This document shows, piece by piece, positions 19,031 to 29,993 of a stretch of DNA of 64,000 nucleotides. How positions within the stretch are numbered: position 1 is the stretch's first letter; every line of letters begins with the position of its first letter. The notes beneath the pieces are model-generated. The model saw nothing but the letters and a program-made list of their open reading frames with translations, ran no database searches and was not told where the DNA came from. The position numbers and the translations under genes are program-made. The stretch is from assembly GCA_963770955.1 (NCBI GenBank), contig CAVYRK010000011.1:906745-970744 (forward strand), in the 5' to 3' direction. The stretch comes from an uncultured Actinomycetota bacterium. Lineage in GTDB: Bacteria; Actinomycetota; UBA4738.

Positions 19031-19701
19031 GGTTCGCTCCGGGACAGGTCGGGGCGCGCCGCCGCGACCACCTCCAGGGCCCGGTCCAGGACCTCCTCCA
19101 GCGAGAGGTCCGTGGAGTCGATCACGACGGCGCCATCCGCCGGCTCGAGTGGGTTCGTCCTGGAGTCGAGCGCGTCCCGGCGCTCGAGCGCGCCGCCGGC
19201 GGCCGCCTCCCCTCGCTCGCGGAACCGGCGGGCCGCCCGCACCTCGGGCGACGCGGTGACGAAGATCTTCACGTCGGCGTCCGGGAACACCGCGGTGGCG
19301 ATGTCGCGTCCCTCCATCACCGCGCCGCGCTCCCCCAGCGCCCGCTGGGCGGATCGCATGATCTCCCGAACGGCCGGGTGTCGGGACACCAGCGACACCG
19401 CGGCTTCCACCTCCCGGGTCTCGAGCTCCGGCCCCGGCGGCCCGCCGTTCACGTGGAGCGAGGGCGGATGGCCGCCGTCGAGGTCGAACCGGATATCTCG
19501 TGCCGCCTGCTCCAGCGCCCCCGTGTCCGACGTGTCCAGGCCCAACCGCAGGGCTGCCTCAGCCAGGGCGCGGTACATGAGCCCGGTGTTCACATAGGCG
19601 ACGTGGAGGGCCTCGGCCAGGCCACGCGCGAGCGTGCTCTTTCCGGCCCCTGCGGGACCGTCGATCGCGACCACCACGTTCCGAGCGTCACCGGTTGTCA
19701 T
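19027..19701 (-). CDS. cmk: Cytidylate kinase
   Basis: P-loop IAIDGPAGAGKSTLAR, collinear with the Cmk family. It overlaps der by 4 nt. Confidence 0.9.
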   Translation of the reverse strand: MTTGDARNVVVAIDGPAGAGKSTLARGLAEALHVAYVNTGLMYRALAEAALRLGLDTSDTGALEQAARDIRFDLDGGHPPSLHVNGGPPGPELETREVEAAVSLVSRHPAVREIMRSAQRALGERGAVMEGRDIATAVFPDADVKIFVTASPEVRAARRFRERGEAAAGGALERRDALDSRTNPLEPADGAVVIDSTDLSLEEVLDRALEVVAAARPDLSRSEP

Positions 19702-19842
19702 GTGGGCTCCAGATTCTCACCCAGACCGGCATCGTGACCTCAGCTGGAGAGTTCCCCCGGTTGAGGGTTTCACATGAAATAGGAGGTGGGCAGCCCGATG
19801 TCGAACCCTCGACCTCCACGAGAGACACGTCCGACCCTCCCC

Positions 19843-20610
19843 TCACCGCGTGTGTCGACGTGTGCCGGACGATGCCTCGAACAGCGCCCGGACCTCCTCC
19901 GGAGCGAGTTGCCGGACCTGGCCGGCGCGCAGGCTTCCCAACTTCAGGGGCCCGATCCGCGTCCGCACCAACCGCAGCACCGGGTGGCCGACGGCCTCCA
20001 TCATCCGCCGCACCTCCCGCTTGCGGCCTTCGACCATGACCACGCGCACCGCCGCCGTGTCGCCCTTCGTCCCGACGAGCCGGGCCGCGACGGCCCGCGC
20101 CGGACCATCGTCGAGCCGCACCCCCGACGTGAGTCGGTTCGGCACCCCCCTGCCCGGGTGCCCGCTCACCTCGGCCAGGTACTCCTTCTCGATGCCGAAC
20201 CGCGGGTGCTGGATGCGGTTGGCGAGCCGGCCGTCGTTCGTCAGCAGCAGCAACCCCTCCGAGTCGCGGTCGAGGCGCCCTACGGGGAAGAGCCGGGGAC
20301 CCTTCGGGATGAACTCGGCGAGCGTCCTTCGCGCGTGTGGATCGTCCAGGGTCGTCGTGACCCCGCGCGGCTTGTTCAACGCGTAGTAGCGAAGCGCGGG
20401 GTCGGCCGCGATGGGGACGCCGTCCACCGTGATGGCGCTCCGCGACGGATCGGCCCGGTCGCCCAGGACGGCCACCCGCCCGTCCACGCGGACGCGCCCG
20501 TCACGGATGAGGTCCTCGCAGGAGCGGCGGGAACCGAAGCCCGCGCGGGCGAGGCTCCGCTGCAGCCGCTCGGGCTCAGCGGGACCCGAGGCCGTCGACC
20601 GCCCCGGCAT
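19843..20610 (-). CDS. rluB: rRNA pseudouridine synthase (RluB/RsuA family)
   Basis: N-terminal S4 domain (RLQRSLARAGFGSRRSCEDLI..GRV.VDG) and catalytic motif GRLDRDSEGLLLLTNDG. Confidence 0.88.
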   Translation of the reverse strand: MPGRSTASGPAEPERLQRSLARAGFGSRRSCEDLIRDGRVRVDGRVAVLGDRADPSRSAITVDGVPIAADPALRYYALNKPRGVTTTLDDPHARRTLAEFIPKGPRLFPVGRLDRDSEGLLLLTNDGRLANRIQHPRFGIEKEYLAEVSGHPGRGVPNRLTSGVRLDDGPARAVAARLVGTKGDTAAVRVVMVEGRKREVRRMMEAVGHPVLRLVRTRIGPLKLGSLRAGQVRQLAPEEVRALFEASSGTRRHTR

Positions 20611-21181
20611 CGGACTCGACCAGCAACGGCGCGATCGGCGGAAGGTCGGAGAGCGAGGCCAGTCCGAGCCGCTCCAGGAACTCGACCGTCGTCCCGTACA
20701 GCGCGGCTCGCCCCGGCCCGTCGTCCTTGCCGACCTCCTCGACCAGACCCCGGTCCTGGAGCGCCCGAAGGACGCCGTCGACGTTCACGCCCCGGATGCT
20801 TGCGATCTGGTGCCGGGTCACCGGCTGCTTGTAGGCGACGATGGCGAGGGTCTCGAGAGCGGCCCTCGTGAGGCGCGCGTGCCGGGACGTCAGGACGAAC
20901 CGCTCCACCCACGGCGCCAGCTCGGGGTGCGTGTAGAGGCGCCAGCCACCGGCCACCTCCCTGAGCACGAGTCCCGAGCCGCGGTCCTCGAGCTCCTGCG
21001 CCAGCTCGCCAAGGAGCAGCTCCACCTCGCGTCGCGGCACCTCGACCAGCTGGGCCAGGGCCGAAGCCGTCTGCGGCTCGTCGGCCAGGAACAGCATCGC
21101 CTCCAGTGCGCGCCTGGTCTCAAGTCCCGACGTCATGTCCATCTCTCCATCTGCCTTCAGCTCTCCTCGGGGTCGTCCCAT
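20576..21181 (-). CDS. scpB: Segregation and condensation protein B
   Basis: ALEAMLFLADEPQ..LVLREVAGGWRLYT..TRAALETLAIVAYKQPVTRHQIASIRGVNVDGVLRAL. Start is uncertain (21181 or an internal Met at 21139). Confidence 0.88.
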   Translation of the reverse strand: MGRPRGELKADGEMDMTSGLETRRALEAMLFLADEPQTASALAQLVEVPRREVELLLGELAQELEDRGSGLVLREVAGGWRLYTHPELAPWVERFVLTSRHARLTRAALETLAIVAYKQPVTRHQIASIRGVNVDGVLRALQDRGLVEEVGKDDGPGRAALYGTTVEFLERLGLASLSDLPPIAPLLVESDAGAVDGLGSR

Positions 21182-21211
21182 CCGTGAGACTCCGAGTATC
21201 TCGGCTGACCG

Positions 21212-21967
21212 TCAGCTTGACCCTCCTGCCAACGGATCCTCGATTTCCCCGAAGTGCTCGGCCTGCTTCAGCTCAACCTCTCCTTGACGGTGAAGTTCCA
21301 GGATGGCCAGGAACCGGACCACCACGTCGATGCGCTCCAGGTCGTCCTCGAGCAGGTCCCGGAAGCGCGCCTCGCTCATCTCTGCCAGCCGCCGGCGCAG
21401 CGTCTCCAGGGCCCCCTCCACGGTCGCGCGGATCGGGGTGACGTGGGACAGGTCGACGGCGGGCGGAGGCGCCAGGAGCTCGTCCGCCAGCGCCCCGAGG
21501 TCCCCCGCGGACACCTTGGCCAACACGTCCGGGTACAGGTGGGCGAACTCGGCCGGCGGCCCCGCCATCCGGGCCATCATCAGGGACGCCTCGGCGATCC
21601 GGTCGCTCAGTCCCGCGGCGGCCAGCCGGAAGGCCGCCAGCTCGATGGTCCTGGCGTACAGCAGGTCGGGCGAGGCCCCGCCCAGCAGGTCCTCCTCGGT
21701 CTCCACCGTCGGACGGGGCAGCAGCCGCCCCACCTTCAGCTCCAGCATGACCGCGCACACCGCCAGGAACCAGGTCGACTCCTCCAGGGTCCAGGAGATC
21801 ATCTCCTCGCTCCCACGCCGCAGGAACGACTCGGTCAGGAGGGCGACCGGGACGTCGCAGACGTCCACGCGCTGGTCCAGGATCAGCTCTGCCAGCAGAC
21901 GGAACGGGCCCGAGAACACGGGCAGCTCCACCAGGAACTCCTGGTCCGTGGGCGCGGATTCCGTCAT
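21212..21967 (-). CDS. scpA: Segregation and condensation protein A
   Basis: FLVELPVFSGPFRLLAELILDQRVDVCDVPVALLTESFL..VVVRFLAILELHRQGEVELKQ. Confidence 0.88.
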   Translation of the reverse strand: MTESAPTDQEFLVELPVFSGPFRLLAELILDQRVDVCDVPVALLTESFLRRGSEEMISWTLEESTWFLAVCAVMLELKVGRLLPRPTVETEEDLLGGASPDLLYARTIELAAFRLAAAGLSDRIAEASLMMARMAGPPAEFAHLYPDVLAKVSAGDLGALADELLAPPPAVDLSHVTPIRATVEGALETLRRRLAEMSEARFRDLLEDDLERIDVVVRFLAILELHRQGEVELKQAEHFGEIEDPLAGGSS

Positions 21968-22107
21968 CGCGAGGAGGGGGAGTCGAAGCAAGGGCCCCGC
22001 CGGGGCCCCGGAACCGGCACGAAAGGCGCTCTCGAGTCGATGGGCGTCATGCTATCCACGCCACAGGGGCCCTTCAATGACCCGGCGCGCAACCGGGCGG
22101 GGAGGGC

Positions 22108-22752
22108 TCAGATGCAGGAGAACCCGGCCGCGAGGTTGCAGATGCCGTTGCCGATGAGTCCGACGAAGCTCAGGATCGGCCCCCCGAAGATGAAGAGGAC
22201 CACCAGCATGAACAGCGCCAGGTACTGCTCGAGGTTGAGGAAGACGTCCTTCGCGCGCCCGGACAGGAACCGCGCCACCACGCGGCCACCGTCCAGGCCC
22301 GGGATGGGCACGATGTGGAAGGCGGCCATCGCGACGTTCACCTGAAGGCACCGGATCAGGAACAGGGCCACCTGCCCCGACTTCGCCACCCGCAAGAGCG
22401 CCCCGAAGACGAACGCCAGGGCTACGTTCGCCAGGATGCCCGCCACGGCGATCCAGATCGCGTCGGCGTCCTTTCGCCGCAGGTTCCACGGGTTGAGCGG
22501 CATCTGCTTCGCATAGGCGAATGGGATCCAGAGGAGCTTTCCCGCGAGCAGCATCGGCAGGAGGAGGATTCCCGGAAGGACCAGCGTCCCGAACGGGTCC
22601 ACGAGCGGCTTCGGGTTGAGGGTCAGGCGCCCCATCGCGCGAGGGGTCTGGTCGCCGAAGCGGGTCGCCACCCACGCGTGGGCGTACTCGTGGAGGTCGA
22701 CGGCGATCAGCAGCCCCACGACGAAGTAGATCGTGTTCTCGATGTTCTGCAC
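22108..22752 (-). CDS. Site-2 protease family (peptidase M50) membrane metalloprotease
   Basis: HExxH motif (VDLHEYAHAW), polytopic, with a downstream AFHIVPIPGLDGG motif. Confidence 0.85.
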   Translation of the reverse strand: MQNIENTIYFVVGLLIAVDLHEYAHAWVATRFGDQTPRAMGRLTLNPKPLVDPFGTLVLPGILLLPMLLAGKLLWIPFAYAKQMPLNPWNLRRKDADAIWIAVAGILANVALAFVFGALLRVAKSGQVALFLIRCLQVNVAMAAFHIVPIPGLDGGRVVARFLSGRAKDVFLNLEQYLALFMLVVLFIFGGPILSFVGLIGNGICNLAAGFSCI

Positions 22753-22783
22753 TCATCCGTCCCGTTCGGCCCTCGCCCGGGCC

Positions 22784-24006
22784 CTAGAGCGCCAGGAGAC
22801 CCGCGAAGCTCTCCCCCGCCAGCCCCTCCGTGCCAACCCCCAGCACCTCCGCGACGGTGGCGCCCAGGTCCCCGAAGCAGGCGCGCGTCCCGAGGTCGAC
22901 CGCCGGCGCGCCGGGCAGACCCGCCACCAGGACCGGAGTGTACTCGCGGGTATGGTCCGTCGAGGGGAGATCCGTCGGATCGCAGCCGTGGTCCCCCGTG
23001 AGGAAGAACAGGCCCCGGCCGTCGCCGCACGCGGCCTCCAGCAGGGCCGGCAGCCGCGTGTCCAGTGCCTCGACGCACCGCGCGTACCCCTCGGGGTCGT
23101 TGCGGTGGCCGTACTTGGAGTCGAAGTCCACCAGGTTGGCCATCACCAGGCGGGGGCCGGCGCCGCTGCAGGTACTCGATGGAGATGTCGACCGCGTCGT
23201 CGTTGGAGCGGCAGTAGCGCGACTCCGTGACGCCGTGGCCTGCGTAGAGGTCGATGATCTTCCCCACCCCGCACACGCGGACGCCGGCGCCCTCGCAGAA
23301 ATCCAACAGCGTGGGACGCGGCGGGGCGACGGAGAAGTCACGGCGGTCGGGCGTTCGCGCGTAGGCGCCCGGCTCGCCGGCGAACGGCCGCGCGATCACG
23401 CGGCCGACGCGGTGCGGCCCGTCCAGGATGCCCCGGGCAACACGGCACCACTCGTACAGCCGATCCAACGGCACGACGTCGACGTGGCAGGCCACCTGGA
23501 ACACGGAATCGGCGCTCGTGTACACGATGGGCCGCCCGGTGCGGACGTGCTCGTCCCCGAGCTCCGCGATGATCTCCGTTCCGGAGGCCGCGACGTTGCC
23601 GAGAACCTCCCTGCCGACGGCCTCCTCGAACGGCCGGATGACCTCAGGCGGGAACCCGTCGGGATACGTGGGGAACGGCTCGTCCAAGACGACACCCGTA
23701 ACCTCCCAGTGGCCGGTCGTGCTGTCCTTGCCCGCCGATCGCTCGGTGAGCCTGCCGTGCGCCGTCCCCGGATCCTCCCTGCGCGACAAGTCCTTTCATG
23801 GGAGTCACGGCGCCCAATCCGAGCGCCGTCAAGGCCGGGGCATCCAGCCCGGCCACCGCGTCGGCGACGTGGCCCAGTGTGTTCGTCCCGGCGTCCCCGT
23901 ACGCGGCTGCGTCGGGCGCCGCGCCCACACCGAACGAGTCGCAGACCATGAGCATCACGCGGTCCACGCGACGATCTGCCGTCACGCCTCCCCCCGGATC
24001 AGCCAC
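22784..24006 (-). pseudogene. deoB: Phosphopentomutase, two frameshifts as assembled
   Basis: [30 protein letters not shown], then [41 protein letters not shown], then LVMANLVDFDSKYGHRNDPEGYA..FFLTGDHGCDPT. Junctions lie near 23786 and 23153 (G/C runs). Confidence 0.85.
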
Positions 24007-24999
24007 GTCGACGTCTGCCGGGCGCCGCCGTCGCCTTCGCGGCGCGACCGTGGTCCGGAGACCGGCGTGCCCGCGGGTGCGCCGTGAAGTATTCCTCGCG
24101 GAGTCGGTCGCCCGTCACCAGCGTGTAGATCTGCGTGCTCGAGAGCGACGCGTGCCCCAGGAGCTCCTGCACGACTCGCACGTCGGCCCCTCCCTCCAGC
24201 AGGTGTGTCGCGAACGAGTGGCGAAGCATGTGCGGGGTGACGCGCTTGCGCACCCCGGCGCGACGCACGGCCGCCTGCAGGATGTTGGACACGCCCTGCC
24301 GGGTGAGCCGGCCGCCGCGCTGGTTCAGGAACATTGCCGGCCCTGATCGCGCGCGCGCCAGCACCGGGCGCGCCCGCGTCAGGTACGCGTCGACCGCAGC
24401 CAGTGCGTACGAACCAAGCGGCACGATCCGCTCCTTGCTCCCCTTGCCCATGGCGCGCACGATCCGTCCTCCGCGTCGATGTCGTCGACGTCCAGACCGA
24501 CCAGCTCCGAGATCCGCAGGCCCGCACCGTACATGGTTTCCAGGATGGCCGAGTCCCGCAGCGCGACCGGGTCGGCGTCGCCGGGCGCCTCGAGGATGGC
24601 CTCCACCTGGTCGATCGAGAGCGGCCGTGGGAGCGACCGGGGCACCTTGGGCCGCACCACCGCCGCGGCAGGGTCCGAGTCGGCCTCACCCTCGCGCAGC
24701 AGGAACCGGTGAAACATGCGCACGGCGGCGAGCGCCCGCGCGATTGAGGAAGCGCGATACCGCCGGCCCTCACCCAGGTTGCGCGACGACAGCCACTCGA
24801 CGTAGCGGGCGATGTTCGTCTCGCTTGCGTCCGCGCCATCGATGACCCCCTGTTCGTGCAGGTACGCAACGTATTTCGCCAGGTCGCGCCGGTACGCGTC
24901 CAGGGTGTTCTGCGACAGCCCGCGCTCGACTGCAAGGTGATCCAGGAACAAACGGGCTTGCTCGTCGACCGTGTCGCGACCCTTGCGCGCGGGCGCCAT
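23999..24999 (-). pseudogene. xerD: Tyrosine recombinase XerD, one frameshift as assembled
   Basis: N-terminal SAM-like domain (FLDHLAVERGLSQNTLDAYRRDL). The catalytic domain has RISELVGL, then [51 protein letters not shown]. The junction near 24462 looks like one missing base. Confidence 0.88.
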
Positions 25000-25022
25000 G
25001 CGGGACGCGACTCCCCCGGCGC

Positions 25023-26153
25023 TCAGGCGCCGGGAATCGCGGATGCGACCGGGACCCAGTCCATCTGGTGCGCGTCGGCCACGGGCTCGTTCGTGAGCGC
25101 ACCGCCGTAGGCGTTCACGCCGCCTGCCAGCGCCGGGTCGGCCCGGACGGCATCCTCCAGCCCGTGGTCGGCGATGGCCAGCGCGTACGGCAGCGTGACG
25201 TTCGTCAGCGCGTAGGTCGAGGTGTTGGGAACGGCGCCGGGCATGTTTCCCACGCAGTAGTGGACGACGTCGTGCACCACGTACGTCGGGTCGGAGTGGG
25301 TCGTCATGTGGGACGTCTCGAAGCAGCCGCCCTGGTCGATCGAGATGTCGATGATCACGGAGCCGGCACGCATCGACGCCACCATCTCCTCGGTCACGAG
25401 CTTCGGGGCGCGGGCTCCCGGGATGAGGACGGTACCGACGATGACGTCGCTCTCCTTGACGCGTTGCTCGATCGTGAGCCGGTCGGACATGAGCGTCATG
25501 ATGCGGCCACGCTGCATCTCGTCGATGTAGCGCAGACGGTCCAGGTTCTTGTCGATGACGACGACCTCGGCCTCCATGCCCGCGGCGATCCAGGCCGCGT
25601 TCATGCCCGCCATGCCGGCGCCGAGCACCAGCACCTTCGCCGGACGCACGCCCGAGACGCCGCCGAGCAGAATCCCCCGCCCGCCGTACTCACGCTCCTG
25701 TAGCCGCGCCCCGACGTGGGGCGCCATGCGCCCGGCCACCTCGCTCATGGGCGCGAGCAGCGGAAGCCGGCCGTCGGGAAGTTGCACGGTCTCGTAGGCG
25801 ACCGCCGAGACCTTTCGGTCGACCAGCGCCTGCGTCAGGTCCTTCGCCCGCCGCCAGGTGCAGGTACGTGAACAGGATCTGGCCCTCCCGCAGGTGCTCG
25901 TACTCGTCGGGGATGGGCTCCTTCACCTTGAGGATCATGTCGGACTCGCGCCAGACCTCCGCTGCGGTCGCCAGCGACCTCGGCGCCGGCGCGCTCGAAC
26001 CGCTCCTGGGGGATGTTCGACCCGTGGCCGGCGCCGTCCTGGAGCAGCACCCGGTGTGCCCGAGTGGGTCAGCTCACGGACGCCCTCGGGCGTCAACGCG
26101 ACCCGGTACTCGTTGTCCTTGACCTCGGAGGGAACGCCGACGATCACGCCCAA
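25023..26153 (-). pseudogene. ald: Alanine dehydrogenase, three frameshifts as assembled
   Basis: [25 protein letters not shown], then [27 protein letters not shown], then [40 protein letters not shown], then [32 protein letters not shown]. Junctions lie near 26058, 25982 and 25850. Confidence 0.88.
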
Positions 26154-26237
26154 CCCCCTTCGGAAGGCGGTCCTCGGCGGGACGATCGGGACCGCTCGGC
26201 CGGACCAGCATAGTCACTCGGCTGGACGGGCCCGTCG

Positions 26238-26759
26238 TCAGCCCCGCTGGTCGCCGTGGCGCCGCCGCGCGGCCAGCAGCAGCCCCGCCACCGACTTGGC
26301 GTCGCGTATCCCGCCGGCGGCGGCCATGTCCACGGCGTCCCCGAGCGGCATCCGCACGACCTCGATGCCGGGCTCGGCGGCCTGGTCGGTCGGTTCGGCC
26401 TCCACCAGGAACAGGTCGACGCGCTCGTCCAGGAATCCCGGCGACGCGTAGAGCCAGCCGAGTGGCTCGACCCGGACCGCACGGTGGCCGGTCTCCTCGA
26501 GTACCTCGCGCGCGGCGCAGACGGACGCCACCTCGCCCTCGATGTCGCGGGTGCCCGCCGGGATCTCCAGCAACGACTCGCCGACGGCGTCCCGAAACTG
26601 GCGGACGAGCAGGACGTCCCCGCCCACCAACGGCACGGCCGCGCACGAGCCGGGATGGCGGACGATCTCGCGGTAGCGCTCCGGCCAGACCTCGACGCTC
26701 ACCAGGCGGCCGTGGAAGACCTCGCTCCGGCCGGAAGGATCGTCGCCGCCGGAGGTCAC
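26238..26759 (-). CDS. NUDIX hydrolase (ADP-ribose pyrophosphatase-like, Rv1700 position)
   Basis: Nudix box [24 protein letters not shown]. The GTG start at 26759 overlaps the restored pyrG stop as GTGA. Confidence 0.85.
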   Translation of the reverse strand: MTSGGDDPSGRSEVFHGRLVSVEVWPERYREIVRHPGSCAAVPLVGGDVLLVRQFRDAVGESLLEIPAGTRDIEGEVASVCAAREVLEETGHRAVRVEPLGWLYASPGFLDERVDLFLVEAEPTDQAAEPGIEVVRMPLGDAVDMAAAGGIRDAKSVAGLLLAARRRHGDQRG

Positions 26760-28403
26760 GCCGACGGCGCGCCGACCGCCTTGGACAGCCGCTGTCGCCG
26801 CCGTTCGACCGCCGCGGACACCAGGCCGTCGAACAGCGGATGCGGCCGCGTCGGCCGCGACTTCAGCTCGGGGTGGAACTGCCCGGCCATGAAGAAAGGA
26901 TGGTCGGCAAGCTCGATGATCTCCACCAGGCGCCCGTCGGGTGACAGCCCCGAGAACCGCATCCCGTTCTTCTGGAGGATCTCGTGGTACTCGGGGTTGA
27001 CCTCCCAGCGGTGCCGGTGGCGCTCGTGCACGACGGGCTCGCCGTACAGCTCGCGCGCCTTGGTGCCCTCGACGAGCTCCGCCGGGTACGAGCCCAGCCG
27101 CATCGTCGCCCCCATGTCGACCACGCCGTGCTGCTCCGGAAGCAGGTCGATCACCGGGTGCGGGGTCTCCGGATCGAACTCGGAGGAGTTCGCGCCCTCC
27201 AGCCCGCACACGTCCCGGGCCAACTCGATGACGGCGCACTGGAGCCCCAGGCACAGCCCGAGGTACGGGCACGCCCTGCTCGCGGGCGAACCGGATGGCC
27301 TCGAGCTTCCCCTCGATCCCGCGGAAGCCGAAGCCACCCGGCACCAGGATCGCGTCCATCTCGCCCAGCTGGTTCGCCACGTCGTGGCCGGCGAGCTCGT
27401 CGGAGGGAAGCCATGCGATGCGCACGTCGACGCCGTGCGCGAAGCCGGCGTGCTTCAGGGCCTCGATCACGGAGAGGTACGCGTCGCGCAGGTGCACGTA
27501 CTTCCCCACGATGGCCACGTCGATCGGGTCGGTCGCGCGGTGGATGCGATCCACCAGCGCCTGCCATTCGGTGAGGTCCGGTTCGGCCTCGGGCAGGTGC
27601 AGGATGCTCGCCAGGAACGTGTCCAGGCCCTCCCGGTGCAGCGACAGGGGGACCTCGTAGATGGACGCGGCGTCCGGCGCCGAGACCACGGCCCGCACCT
27701 CGACGTCGCACAGGAGCGAGATCTTCTCCTTCAGGTTGGACCCGATCGGCCGGTCCGAACGACAGATGATGGCGTCGGGCTGGATACCGATCGAACGCAG
27801 CTCGCGCACCGAGTGCTGCGTCGGCTTGGTCTTCAGCTCGCCGGTCGGTCCGATGAACGGCGTCAGGGCCACGTGCACGAACGCCACGTTCTCCTTGCCC
27901 ACTTCGTTCCGGAACTGACGGATAGCCTCCAGGAAGGGCAGGCTCTCGATGTCGCCGACGGTGCCGCCCACCTCCACGATGGCAACGTCCGCCTTCTCCA
28001 CGGCGGCGTGGGCGCGGATGCGCTCCTTGATCTCGTTCGTGACGTGGGGAATGACCTGAACGGTCTTGCCCAGGTAGTCGCCCCGGCGCTCCTTGGCGAT
28101 GACGCTCTGGTAGACGGAGCCGGAGGTCACGTTGGCCCCTCGGTGCAGGTTCTCGTCGGTGAAGCGCTCGTAGTGGCCGAGGTCGAGGTCGGTCTCGGCG
28201 CCGTCGTCGAGCACGAACACCTCGCCGTGCTCGAACGGGTTCATCGTGCCCGGGTCGACGTTGATGTAGGGGTCGAGCTTCTGGTGGGTGACGCGGAGTC
28301 CGCGGGACTTGAAGAGGCGGCCGAGCGACGCGGCGGCGATCCCCTTCCCGAGGCCGGATGCCACTCCCCCGGTGACGATGACGTATTTCGGTCGCTCAGG
28401 CAC
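26756..28403 (-). pseudogene. pyrG: CTP synthase, one frameshift as assembled
   Basis: [34 protein letters not shown]. After skipping one base near 27268 (G-run) it reads [22 protein letters not shown], which is the GATase domain. Confidence 0.9.
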
Positions 28404-28473
28404 TCCGGAAGGTGATGCTAGCAGAGCGCGAACCGACCGTCGTCGGTTGACGCTCGCGCTGCCGAGAATTTCT

Positions 28474-29322
28474 TCAACTCGCGTGAGGATCCGGCGCCGG
28501 AATGCGCCACAGGTCGTCCAGCCACCGAAGCGGCGGCGTCGCGCGGATGATCCTGGTCAGGGTGACCGTCTCGGCGAGCGCGTTCAGGAGCAAGACAAGT
28601 GCGAGCGCGGCGGCCATCCAACCGATCGACAGCGACTCGAACACCACAACACCCAGCACGAAGCCGAGCAGGTTGGCGCCGCCGTCTCCGAGCATCGCCC
28701 GTTCCCGCACGTCGAACGGAAGGAGTACCGCAGCTTGGCCGGCGGTTGCCCATCCGAGACCTGTCGGCTCGATGAGGAGTGGGAGCACGACCGCAACAAG
28801 GGAGAACTTGAGTGCCCGGCCGGGGGCCACGTCGAGCACGTTGACCAGGTTGGTGGTCCCCGCCACCAGCAGGACCGCCACGACTGTCGTGACGCCCTCG
28901 GCCCCGCCCGAGACCACGACGATCACGGCCGCGACCAGCCCAGCGACGACCTTCACGATGCCCGACGTCACATGACCCTGCGCCAGCGCACCGAAGTGGG
29001 CGCGGACACCGTGGACCTGTGTCGACTGGCGATCGTCGTAGAGGCCGGCGCTGAACACCAGAGTCATCGCCAGCGCGAACCAGAGCCAATCCCAGCCTGT
29101 CAGACGCGGATCCACGTCGAAGATGGCCCCTCCGAACCCCGCGACAAGGCAGACCATGCCGTACCCCATGGCCAGCCCGTAGCCAAGCGACAGCGGCACC
29201 TGGCTGCCCCGGTGGTTCGTGGCAGTGGGAAGTGGGAAGTGCCCGTTTCCCGACTTCCAGGCGGTGAGCCAGGCCAAGGCTGCCGCAGAAAGACCGAGGA
29301 CGAGATCATCGATTTGCGTCAT
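28474..29322 (-). CDS. Glycosyltransferase family 4 (MraY/WecA-like polyprenyl-phosphate sugar-phosphate transferase)
   Basis: Polytopic membrane protein with AGLYDD and [12 protein letters not shown] motifs. The ATG at 29322 overlaps the upstream stop as ATGA. Confidence 0.7.
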   Translation of the reverse strand: MTQIDDLVLGLSAAALAWLTAWKSGNGHFPLPTATNHRGSQVPLSLGYGLAMGYGMVCLVAGFGGAIFDVDPRLTGWDWLWFALAMTLVFSAGLYDDRQSTQVHGVRAHFGALAQGHVTSGIVKVVAGLVAAVIVVVSGGAEGVTTVVAVLLVAGTTNLVNVLDVAPGRALKFSLVAVVLPLLIEPTGLGWATAGQAAVLLPFDVRERAMLGDGGANLLGFVLGVVVFESLSIGWMAAALALVLLLNALAETVTLTRIIRATPPLRWLDDLWRIPAPDPHAS

Positions 29323-29993
29323 CGGATCCGGAGCAGGCGGGGCACCATCGCCGACAGCACATGGACCCCCTGCCGGCCGCGGTGGACGAACCCGCCCACA
29401 TTCCTGCCGGTCGGGCGGTGCGACATCTCGACGTCGATCTCGACGGCCCGGTACCCGAGCCGGACCGCATCCACGGTCATGGCTGCGTCCACCCCGAACC
29501 CCGGCGCGAGTGGCCGGCACCCGCGCATGACCTCGCGCGTGGCCGCCCGCTGGCCCGACATCGGCTCCGTGGCCTCGAATGCGCACGCGAGCTTCACGAG
29601 ACCCGCGGTCATTCCCTTGATCAGGCCAAAGCCGCCATCCGTAGCCTTCGGGAGCCGGCCGATCGCCAGGTCGGCGTCGCCGCCCATCACCGCCCCCAGT
29701 AGCGGCGCTGCGCCCTCGGCGGTCGCGCCCGTGTCGCCGTCCACCAGCAGGTACCAGGGAGCATCCACGTGCCCGAGCCCGGCGTCGAGCGCGCGCCCCT
29801 TGCTGCGCGCACCACCCGACCCGATCACCTCGGCCCCGGCGCGGACCGCAAGCCCGGCGGTGTCGTCGCTGGAGCCGTCGTCGACCACGACCACGCGGCC
29901 GACGCCGGGCACGCGCCACAGCGCCTTCACGGTCTCCGCGATCGATTCGGCTTCGTTGCGGGCGGCCACGATGGCCGCCGCGTCGGCGGTCAT
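29319..29993 (-). CDS. Glycosyltransferase family 2
   Basis: IVAARNEAESIAETV..VVVVDDGSSDDT..LLVDGD (DxD motif). Translationally coupled to both neighbouring genes. Confidence 0.75.
   Translation of the reverse strand: MTADAAAIVAARNEAESIAETVKALWRVPGVGRVVVVDDGSSDDTAGLAVRAGAEVIGSGGARSKGRALDAGLGHVDAPWYLLVDGDTGATAEGAAPLLGAVMGGDADLAIGRLPKATDGGFGLIKGMTAGLVKLACAFEATEPMSGQRAATREVMRGCRPLAPGFGVDAAMTVDAVRLGYRAVEIDVEMSHRPTGRNVGGFVHRGRQGVHVLSAMVPRLLRIR

Noticed and set aside
19781-19850. tRNA-like or T-arm-like sequence (GGTCGAGGGTTCGAC..CCCACC on the minus strand) between rluB and cmk
   Set aside because: The putative T-stem does not pair (GAGGG versus TCGGG). No D-arm, anticodon arm or acceptor stem can be drawn. 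It is probably an ordinary intergenic hairpin.
26238-28403. 721-aa ORF that looks like a CTP synthase-NUDIX fusion
   Set aside because: The middle 170 codons or so are off-frame junk. The GATase domain of PyrG is in another frame (26756..27337) and ends in a GTGA overlap with a GTG-started NUDIX gene. The fusion is an artefact of one extra base near 27268.
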